From Selaginella moellendorffii (Eukaryota; Plantae; Lycopodiophyta), in contig NW_003314362.1 of assembly GCF_000143415.4 (NCBI RefSeq), positions 333,648 through 397,647 on the forward strand: a stretch of 64,000 nt of DNA, given 5' to 3'. Made by a program: the position numbers and the translations under genes. This document shows positions 12,176 to 21,800 of the stretch, piece by piece. The notes beneath the pieces are model-generated. The model had not been told where the DNA came from, searched no databases, and saw only the letters and a list, made by a program, of their open reading frames with translations. Position 1 is the stretch's first letter; every line of letters begins with the position of its first letter.

Positions 12176-13310
12176 TACCCTGTGTAGTGTTCATGGAAGT
12201 TAACACATGAATGCGAGGGAAGTATATGCGTACCTCGGCTTGGTGCTGGGACTCTTGTATTTCTGATGTATATGGTCAATCCACCTGTCGCGCAAACAGG
12301 TTTGCAGCTCTTTTCTCTCTTTACACTGCCTTTGTGTCCTTTCACTGCTCTTTTGATCCCTTTGACAGAGTGCCAACTCCGACATCCAGGTGACGGCGTC
12401 CTTGAATTGGACCCCCTGGAAGAGCGGCAGACGCCTTGGGAGCCTTCCACAAGATGGAAGATTGAGATGTTTTCTCGTGGAACATTGCGACGGCGGCATT
12501 TGCCCGATGCGAGAAGCGGTGGCACTCATGCTTCTTCATTCAACGCCTCAGATCCACGCGGTATTCGTCGCCGCTGGCCTAAGATAATGAGCTCGCATTT
12601 GCCCCACTGGTCTCCCACGAGGTTCTGCCAGCCAGCTCCTGCAAGCTTTCGCCCAGGATCTTGGGAAGCTGAAAGCTGAGGCACACAAGCAAGTACCGCA
12701 GAATCTCCATCGCCACAGTGCTGCTCAACGTCTACGGCAAGCTCACGCCACGATCAGCAGCCGCACTTTCCATACATTTCCATGACGAGATTAGCGAGGC
12801 CGCTGGAGACGATTTCCTCCCAGAGATCTGTGCTCACCGACCGCATCCTTGACAAGGCGTCCGCTCCTCATTCCTGCAAATCGGAAGGATAACTTACACA
12901 CAAGCAATCGAGATTTATTCTTTCCTTTGCGTGATCTTATGCGTGAAAGACTTTCCCTTCGAAACTCCTGTGCAATGGAGCAAGCACCAAAGGTGTGTTA
13001 GAGGGAAACCAAAATCAACGTTTTCTGGTGATCTTCTCATTCCAGGTATCTCGCAGAGCAGCTCTTCCAAGGGCCCGTCTTTGTATGCGACTATCAAAAC
13101 GCGTTTCATAGCGATGATGGCCAGATGGCGGCATGCTAGTGCGCGAGGCGGGAAAAGGCTCCCTCCCACAAGCTCGCCGACCTGGAAGAAAAACACGACT
13201 TTCAAGAGCTCTGGCTTTGATTCTCCTGGGGAGCCAGATGCAAAGGTATGGGGATTTGAGAGTTTCGTAAGACCTCCGGGCCACTGAAATGGTGTGCTTG
13301 ATTCTTGCAG

Positions 13311-13450
13311 GCTCGTATGTAGAAGAACTACATACGAGTGGTACTGGATTGGCGACGATGGGATCGTGAAGCACTCTGGATTCGGGCTGGGATTTGAGAG
13401 GATGAGTAGAGAACATCGGGGATGTGATATTTCCTGGAAAGGCCAATCAA
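13311..13450 (+). pseudogene. Asparaginyl-tRNA synthetase C-terminal fragment (also 61118-61257; split by the insertion in copy 2)
   Basis: YEWY...GIVKHSGFGLGFERM followed by ENIGDVI..FPGKA matches class II aaRS motif 3 of AsnRS with small deletions; preceded by a TTGCAG acceptor-like site. Confidence 0.75.
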
Positions 13451-13541
13451 TGGATCACAACGTTGACAAGAGTATATGCTGATAAGTCACCGTCACGAAA
13501 GCTGTCACAGGAATATTCTTTAGGAGATTTTCCTCATGGTA

Positions 13542-14339
13542 TTAATCGAAAAAGTTTATCGCCTCCACAAGGCTCTGAACACTCATGGCCTTTACTTTGG
13601 CCAAGGCGTTGGCGTCAGCAGCCAAGGAATTACTGTTGAGTTTAGCGGTGAAGCTGGTGATGGTTATGGTGGCTTCCCAGGTGGTGATCTTCCCCGCCTT
13701 CTTTGTCATGGTGGCGTCCGCCCAATACATATTTAACTCCGGGTTTGTGGCTGGCGACCTGAAGGAGAAGAGCGTGTACAGCGCCCGAACACTAGTGTTG
13801 TCCTCGACGTGCGCAAACGTAGGGACGTGCAGCAGCGCCTTTTGCAAAGTCTTGGTAATCTGGTTAGCGGTCTCAGTGTCGTGGGTGCGCTGCAGGTAGT
13901 CGCTGACGTCTTTCCAGATCGTGTCGCAGCTGCCAGACATGTCCTCGCTGGCCGCTGCCGTGAGGTAAACATACTGCGGGAATGTGGTGACAAGCACTGT
14001 CAGAAACTGCTGGAAATGCTTGGCCTGTTGGCTGGCCTCGGCGGGATCGGTGATGAGCTTTGGAGAGTAGTGGGCGAGTTGCATTCCAACAGCCGTAAAA
14101 GTTGCCAAGGCGTGGACATGGAACTTTGGTAGCTTGTAAACCTCGGCATTTGCTCCAGGAAGAGGCGGGGCGTTCACAGCAATAGCTACAGGAATGTAGA
14201 CATCTACATCAGTGGCCACATGAGCGTCAACATGCAGGAATCGTGCTCGAGAGACCGCCTTGGAGTTGGAGCTCACGTTCCTGAACACCTCTAAAGCGTG
14301 ATTGAACTCATTGTTATTCATCAGCAATGGCAGCGCCAT
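13542..14339 (-). CDS. Gene A copy 1: 265-aa intronless protein, paralog of gene B; putative Cyt/Evf-like pore-forming fold
   Basis: Intact ORF from the ATG at 14339 (MALPLL...INFFD); TATATAAAG ~75 nt upstream on the minus strand; clear homology to gene B. The fold call is inference. Confidence 0.8.
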   Translation of the reverse strand: MALPLLMNNNEFNHALEVFRNVSSNSKAVSRARFLHVDAHVATDVDVYIPVAIAVNAPPLPGANAEVYKLPKFHVHALATFTAVGMQLAHYSPKLITDPAEASQQAKHFQQFLTVLVTTFPQYVYLTAAASEDMSGSCDTIWKDVSDYLQRTHDTETANQITKTLQKALLHVPTFAHVEDNTSVRALYTLFSFRSPATNPELNMYWADATMTKKAGKITTWEATITITSFTAKLNSNSLAADANALAKVKAMSVQSLVEAINFFD

Positions 14340-15061
14340 GAATATAAAAGCGGGATAAAGAGCAGAGTGATCTAGAGACAACGAGAAAGGAGCGGATGTT
14401 CAGATGGGTAGTCATTCCAGCTTTATATACCACCAAGAGCTTGAGCATGCAAAAAACGATGTCAATTGCAATGAATGATCAAGGACATGGGGCCATCTTG
14501 AAGTTCCAAGGAATGACAGTGAAATATCACTTTCTTAATAGAATGCTATAGTTTTTGAGATTGCAAGATCATAGCTAGAACTATACATCAGCCTACGTAC
14601 CCTTGCAAAAAAAACATATCATAAATCATCAAGGACATGGCCCCAATATGGAATGACTGTGAAATATCACTTTTTTGACAGTCATGCTATAGCAATGTTG
14701 AGATTGCAAGATCATAGCTGGTCCAGCATGACATTTTTTTGTTTTGCAAGGGTACGTATGTCGTCAAGAGCTGGAATGACCCATTGCAATTGACAAGTAA
14801 GTATATGCCCTTGCAAAAAAAAAATGTCATGAATGATAAGGGACATGGTTTATATATAGGGCTTTAATTTCGACAACCTGCTTGACAAAAGAGCCTTTAG
14901 TGGCTATTTTATCTCTATTTATCCCCCAAGGTTTTAAGGATCCATGATGACAATATATTTAAATATTATCTTATGATCACATGCGCTACATTAAAGATTG
15001 ACAATGTAATATACAGCATGCTATACTTGTTGAGATTGCAAGGTCATAGCTACCAACCTAT

Positions 15062-16726
15062 TGTAAGCGACTAATTTTTCTTTTTTACTTTAGTCACTTA
15101 ACTGCACCTTCAACCACTTGGAGGAGTCTCATTCACAACCTCCATAAGTCCCAGTTAGGACTTGGGGCTTGCCAGCCCTGAGAATGGCATCCATGCCACT
15201 CAACCTTTGCATTTGGTCCAAGTGCTCCACGTGTCCGATCCCATGACCGACACCCCAAGGTACCACCGACATACCAGCCTGTTATGCTAGGCCATGCCCA
15301 TTCACCTTGGTCACACCGGTGGTCTAACGCCACCTACATCATAATCCCGTCTCTCAAAGACTGGGCCATCCATCCATGAGCAATCATCCTAGATCTACTC
15401 CTTAGCATCCTTATGATGCCCGCAGACATGGGGAGTAGCCTTCCCCAACAACTCTTTTCCAGTCCCCACCAAGTCCCTTTTAGTCCATGACCGTGTTCGC
15501 CAACACTGCCACTGGATCAAGGCCTGCAGGCCTGACCGCGAAGTCCCACTATCCTTTGGGACTTCCTCACCATGTGACCGTATCCTTGGTCACTACATTA
15601 GAGGCCTACTCCTCTTCCCTTTCACCGTTTGGGACTTTGGGACAACATTTCGGAACACCGTGGCCTTACGCAAACCTCATGGGTACTCTCCCCACCTTTT
15701 GCCTTTAGGTGCTCTAGCCATGGGCTTAGAGCGAGGTTCCGTTGAGCCACGACAGGTATCCAAGTAGGTAGTGCCACCCACACTTGGATTGGGAGTATCG
15801 GCCAGTCGATCTCCCGGGGGAACTAGAGCCGGCTTTTGAACACTTCACCAAGCTACCCCGCTTGTCGGTCCGTGTTCACTCTAGTCTTGGACTTCCCAAT
15901 GGGCAGCTCATCACCCAACACTGGGTCTGGCCTTCCTGGGCCAAACTAGCCTTTCCTGGCCAAACTGGCTCCACTGCAGTCCTCCCCCTAATATACTTTT
16001 GGAGCTCACCAAACCCCCCAGGGTCTGGGAGACGAACGCTTTGGGCTTTCACCCTCTCAGACTTGAACTCGGACTCGGACTTGGACTCGGACTCGGACTC
16101 GGATTCGGACTCGGACTCGGACTTGGGCTCGGTCTCAGCCTCGGCCTCGGTCTCGGTCTCGGTCCCGGTCTCGGTCCCGGTCTCGGTCTCAGTCTCGGTC
16201 CCGGTCTCGGTCTCGGTCTCGGTCCTGGTCCCGGTCTCGGTCCCGGTCTCGGTCTCGGTCTCGACTTCGGACTCCATCTTGGGTCCATCTCGGACTCTAT
16301 CTTGGACTCCATCTCGTGTCCATCTCGGACTCCATCTCGGGTCCACCTTGGACTCCATCTCAGACTCCATCTCGGACTCCATCTCCAGTCTATTTCGGAC
16401 TCCATCTTGGACTCCATCTCGGGGTCCTTCTCGGACTCCACTTTGGACTCCAACTCGGGTCCATCTCGGACTCCACTTCGGACCCCAACTCGGACACTTC
16501 CACGTGTCATGTGTTGGTCCTTTTGGGTCCCTTTTTGGAACCTCGCTTATTGCTCGCTTCGTGCTCGTTCCTTGAGCACTTCGTTGGGAGTTCCACTCCC
16601 GCTCTCAACCTTTTAAGTCGGAGCTTTTAGTCCAAACGTGTTACACTCGTTTGGTTTTCGCTTTGGCCACCACCACATGGCACACTTCCGGCTCCACTTT
16701 GGGGCCTAGGGATTTCGTGTCTCACA
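15062..16726 (-). mobile_element. Solo LTR (1.67 kb), same family as the LTRs at 39281 and 45113, specific to copy 1
   Basis: TG...CA termini, 5-bp TSD CCTAT (15057-15061 and 16727-16731); empty site in copies 2 and 3; internal hexamer minisatellite. Confidence 0.92.
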
Positions 16727-16786
16727 CCTATATACCCTTGCAAAAAACATTGTTATAAATTATCATGGACATGTGGGCCCCAATCT

Positions 16787-16899
16787 TGAAACGAACAAGC
16801 GAGCAAACCTTAGGCCAACCTCCCAACCCTTAAGGCGTTACAGCCTTATATTCCACAAGCCATAGAATATTTTAAAAATAATCCTATGGTTTCATGTCA
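16787..16899. mobile_element. Solo short LTR (113 bp) of the same family as the 37701-49432 element; present in all three copies (51125-51237, 62924-63036)
   Basis: TGAAACGAAC...CATGTCA with TSD AATCT on both sides; aligns with LTR 37701-37812. Confidence 0.9.
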
Positions 16900-17964
16900 A
16901 ATCTTGCTTGGCATACAATACACCCTTAGCCCTCACAGAAATCATTAATTATGGCATTGGACCAGACAAGGGCTAGAAATGTACACCATCCAGCATGACA
17001 TTTTTTTTTTTGCAAAGGTTTTTTGCAAGGGTATGCATGTCCTCAAGAACTGGATGCAATTGACAAGTATGTACATACCCTAGCAAAAAATAAAAATAAA
17101 AAATTTGTGAATGGTCAAGGACATGGGTGGTCCCCAATTTTGACAACCTCAAGAGGTCAAATTCAGCTTCATTGTTGAGATTGCAAGATCATAGCTACCA
17201 ACCTACATACCCTTGCAAAAAACATTGTCATAAATTATTAAGGACATGGGCGTAGAGCTGCTACAAGTGGGCCCCAATCTCACTTATAAGAAATGATGGT
17301 GAAACATCACTTTCTTATCACTTTAGGGTGTCCTGACAAATACTAATGGTTGCCTCTGGCATAATTAATTATTTCTAAATCATTAATTATGGCATCTAGG
17401 TCCAGACAAGGGCTAGAACTGTACACCAACCTATGTGGTCCAGCATGACATCTTTTTATTTTTTGCAAGGGTTTTTTGCAAGGGTACGTACGTCGTCAAT
17501 AGCTGGAATGACCGCTCTGCCCTTGACGAGTACATGCAAAACAAATGTGTCATGAATGATCAAGGACATGAGCTTAAAGAATGACGGTGCATGCTATAAG
17601 CATGCCTAGAGTATACCAATGCAATTTTGTTTTCAGTCTCTGCAAATGGACTCACTTTTATTATGCAGCACAGATCTGGCTGTTGATAATGTCACATGTT
17701 CAAAGTTGACATACTACCAAATTCTGAGCTCCAGCTATAAAGATCCCAGTGATCCATCACAGTTAACACCAAGGCCTGTTATTTGATCTCCTTTCACGTC
17801 CAGCAATTGTGTGTTCAGTCTTTCTTTCCCCTCTCAAACCTTATTCTCACAAGTGTGCTTCTGCAGGTAGATCTTGAACAATTCCCTCTTTGCAGGAGAG
17901 CAACTCTTCTATTGACTTTCTTCTCTTTCTCAGTCAAGCTCGAGCAGGCCACAAGAGCAGAACA

Positions 17965-18804
17965 ATGGGAAGCCTACCACAGCTTCTCAGTGAGGACGAG
18001 GCTCGACACAACCTACAGGTTTTCACTAAGTCTGCCATGATTTCAAAAGCTCGCAGCTACATCCGCTCATCTCAACCCCTGTCAGTAGTGATAGAAGTAC
18101 CGACAAATAATGACATTGTTGCACCTGGGGCCGAAGTTGTGAATGGTCCTGATGACACTGCGTCGTCACAGCTGGAGTTCTACAGAAACCCCAAGTACCA
18201 CACTGACGTCCTTGCCACCTTTATTGCCACAGCGATGTCTATTGCTAAATATGTTCCACTACTGACGGAGCTTACAGACCAGGCCAACAAACAATCGGAG
18301 GATTTTGCCAAATTCCTCCAGATCCTGGTGTCCACTTTCCCGCAGTATGTTAAGTTTGCAGGAGCAAGCAGCATCGCCATCGAGAACAAGTCAAGTTATA
18401 ATCAGTTACTGTCAACGGTGCATGACTTCATACAGGAGACTGCTATTGACCCGTCTAAAGCTGGTGCGGGCGTGATCCAAATGATCAAGAATGCAACCCA
18501 TGCCATGGATTCTACAGTAGAAGGCAGCTACAGGCGTTCACTCTATACTTCATATTCTTTCCAGGGCCGTGCTCGCAATCCCCAAACGACAATGTACTGG
18601 AGTAGTGTCAACTTGGAGAGGAACCGCAGCGGCAAGACTACGTGTGTGTCTGCTGAGCTGAAGATCGTCCGCTTTACCGTTGAGGTCATCAGTAATTCCG
18701 TGATTGCTGATGCTCATATCCTGGCAGAGGCAAAGGGCCGGGCAGCCCAGGAGATTGCGGATATCATAAATGGACATATAAATCCGTCCAAGGACAATCA
18801 TTAG
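17965..18804 (+). CDS. Gene B copy 1: 279-aa protein with uninterrupted CDS, paralog of gene A; putative Cyt/Evf-like pore-forming fold
   Basis: Intact ORF from ACAATGG at 17965 (MGSLPQLL...KDNH); CTATAAAG at ~17735; pyrimidine tracts ending in CAG suggest 5'UTR intron(s); homologous to gene A. Confidence 0.82.
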   Translation: MGSLPQLLSEDEARHNLQVFTKSAMISKARSYIRSSQPLSVVIEVPTNNDIVAPGAEVVNGPDDTASSQLEFYRNPKYHTDVLATFIATAMSIAKYVPLLTELTDQANKQSEDFAKFLQILVSTFPQYVKFAGASSIAIENKSSYNQLLSTVHDFIQETAIDPSKAGAGVIQMIKNATHAMDSTVEGSYRRSLYTSYSFQGRARNPQTTMYWSSVNLERNRSGKTTCVSAELKIVRFTVEVISNSVIADAHILAEAKGRAAQEIADIINGHINPSKDNH

Positions 18805-21800
18805 AGAGCTCTGTTGGGGCCGTAAGCCAAATGATAATGAATGGAAATTTGCTCTAAGTATATAGGTATATGGGAAGTATGTAAAAGGAAAATTGGTAAT
18901 AAAAAAGTCCATAAATATTATTAGATGCAGTGATTAAAAAATTAATTAAGAGATCCATAAATATTTAAGTTACAAAGGTGTGAGTGGGTGACCACTCCAA
19001 GGTGGATTATAGTTTCAACACAAGCTTTATCATAGTGGATACTCTACAAGGTTGTTGCACAGTTTGTTGAAGCAGGACAATATTGCTTCCCTCTGCTCTT
19101 CTTGGCATAAAAACTTTTTGGACCAATATTCAGTTTATTTAGCATTTTACCAGGAAACTTTACATGTAATTTTCTCTCCCTTATTAAATTTGCCATCGTT
19201 AAATAATAGGTAAAGCATTAAATTAGTGGCCACCAGATTATTTGGGTATGATATGTTGTTTCTCAAACTCATCCATAGTAAACACATGTGGTTTTTTATT
19301 TGCAACGCAAGACTCTTCAAGCTAATTCCACCACTGAAGACTCGTATCTCGCAAAACCATTGGAATAACCACTAAAGCCTTTGCATCTAGAGCTCTTTAG
19401 GCAGCCAAAAACTTCTTCACATCAGCTAGTCAAGCTAAACATTTATCCACACCACCATCACTGAAAAAATTACAATCATAAGTCAATCCACTAAAGAAGG
19501 CTTCCTTAAAGCACCACCACCACTGGCCTTGAGTACCTCAACACACTCTACCATTGTAACCATCATGCCATGCATCTCCTTTTGCGTCTCTTTTGGTCAA
19601 AATTGGTACATAACAACCTTCCTTTCAGATTCCGAGGTGGAGAGTGAGGTGCATATGCCATGACCCTTAGGCAATAGTGTTTCTTCCCAAGGTCCCAAAG
19701 TGTGCAACACACCTAAAGACTCGGGATGTTAAAGTGGTCTATGAACAAGTTTTGTGGAACCTTGGGAAGTTAGGATCCTAGAGGCTTGGAATGTTTGGTT
19801 TGCTTGTGCATGAGAGGCTTCAATACCAAATTGTAAACCATAAATTTTTTCAAGCAAATTATTGACTCATTTCTATCCTTAATTCTAGCAAAGAATAAAA
19901 GCAGATCACTAAGTGATAGCTATGCCAGAGCAAAACCCTTCCCAGAAACTTAGGACTTAAAGTTCAATTACATTTCCCATCGATCCACCACCTTCACTTT
20001 AGCTATAGATAAGATCCCTTTGCCAAGGTCCACTTCTAGGTACCACTGTCTACTGGATCCTTACTCGCTTAGCTAGTTATTACATACATACAAGAGTGTT
20101 AGCCATTTCTCAGTAATTTCCTCAATTGCTCTCCCAAACCCATACTATAGTGGAGGACAAGCCTCCTATGGAACAAGAACCGATGGAGGAACCTATGGAT
20201 GAGGTTTTGGTACTGGAGGAGGATCCTAGTGAGGAGACTTCTAGGCAAGAATTGAGTGGTGAGGCTCCTTCCTCCATTGGTATCAAAGGGAGGTTGGTTG
20301 TGATGGCTGACCAATAGAAATGCTAGAATCCTAATGACGAAGGTGGTCACAATAGTGGAACTAATGAAGCTACAGAGGTTTGGATTACCCATGATGTTTT
20401 GTATAAGCTGCAAGCCCTCAACAAAAATTAGCAAGAGATGCAAGAGAAGATGCATGGCATAATAACTATGATGGGAGAGTGTGTTGAGATACTCAAGGTT
20501 GGTGGTGGTGGTGCTTCAAGGAAGTCTTCTTTGGTGGATGTAGCACATGTGGTTTTCACCCTTTATCCTATACTATAGGATAATTATGAAGTGGACCGTA
20601 AACCCTTTATATGCTACATATCATATACCACATGTCTAAAGATAGTGGAGTAGAATTTGAGTTTCAAGGCCTTGGGGCCACTGAATGAAAGAATGGAGCC
20701 AAACTTCCAAAGTTAACCAAGGAACGAAAGAACTGAAACACGGTGCAACTCTTGAGCGTTCAACCTAAAAAGTAAAGGGACAAGAGTATGGAGCGATATA
20801 AGAACAGTCCTAAAGTATCTAATATTCCAATGCTAGGACCAACATACAAAACGAAGCTAAACAGAGTCTAGCGCTATTTTAGCATACTGATGGCCTAACA
20901 CGAGGATATGGGTACCATGGTATGAAACTTGGGCTTAGACCCAAGCCAAATGCAGAACAAAGACATGCATGCAAGTAGGAGTTAAACTATACCTCACGTT
21001 GGTCAGCCACACTTAATCTACCCACTATCCTTATTATACATTTGGAACTGTAGCACATGTGGTTTTGACCCTTTATCCTATGGTGATTTACCATAGGATA
21101 ACACCACGGAGTGGAACCTAAACCCTCTTTGTGCCATGTGACAGGTGCCACGTGTCACATACCACGTGTCCATGCCACGTGTCCATAGGAACCCGAGGTT
21201 CAGGGCCTTGGGGCCACTGAACGAAGGAACGGTGCCAAACTCCCAAGCACGAAGCCAAGGAGTGACGGAACCGAACCACGGAGCAACTCCTGAGCATGTA
21301 GCCCAAAGAGCGAAAGGACAGGAGCCCGGAGCGACTTGGAACAGTCCTAGAGTAACCAGCATCCCAATGCCAGGACTAGCATGCAAAACGGAGCCAAACG
21401 GAGTCTAGCGCTATTTCGGCATACCGGTGGCCTAACGTGAGGACATGGGTACTCCACTAGCTAGCATGGAATGGAACTTGGGCTTAGACCCAAAACAAGG
21501 ACAGGCACGCAAGCGGAAGCTAGATTATGCCTCAGGTTGGTCGGCTATGCCCGACCTACCCACTATCCCTACTATACATTTGGAACCCCCCACAGCCCTT
21601 CCCCCCCTCCTTGAGGAACACACGCTTTGGGCTTTCACCCCAAGCCTCCCTTAGTATCAGGAGTTAGTCTCTGGAACAAGCTCGAAACTTACTAAATATG
21701 GAATGACGCTAGATTGTGAATTTGGACACGGGACGAACACCATTGTGTTCAGGCCGATCTCTACATTTCGTAGATATGCCAAATGAGCAAATCTGGACAC

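Larger units (their letters stand above)
14410..17600. promoter_or_regulatory. Shared divergent promoter region of genes A and B, built from reiterated modules (also 50418-51920 and 62217-63720)
   Basis: GAGATTGCAAG(A/G)TCATAGCT at 14557, 14700, 15032 and 17177; CCCTTGCAAAAA / TTTTGCAAGGGTA and AAGGACATGG recur; ~105-nt hairpins at 14727-14831, ~16994-17110 and 17444-17554. Confidence 0.7.

Noticed and set aside
14340-14381. Upstream non-ATG extension of gene A (and 17890-17964 for gene B) given in the ORF track
   Set aside because: They start at TTG codons; homology between A and B begins at the ATGs at 14339 and 17965.
15784-16630. Long Ser-Asp, Ser-Val, Gly-Leu and Pro-Arg repeat ORFs (also 39254-40302 and 45050-46201)
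   Set aside because: Artefacts of a stop-free hexamer minisatellite inside LTRs; open in nearly all frames.
14557-17200. CRISPR-like array of ~20-bp repeats
   Set aside because: Eukaryotic context, irregular spacing, spacers homologous to each other, no cas genes.
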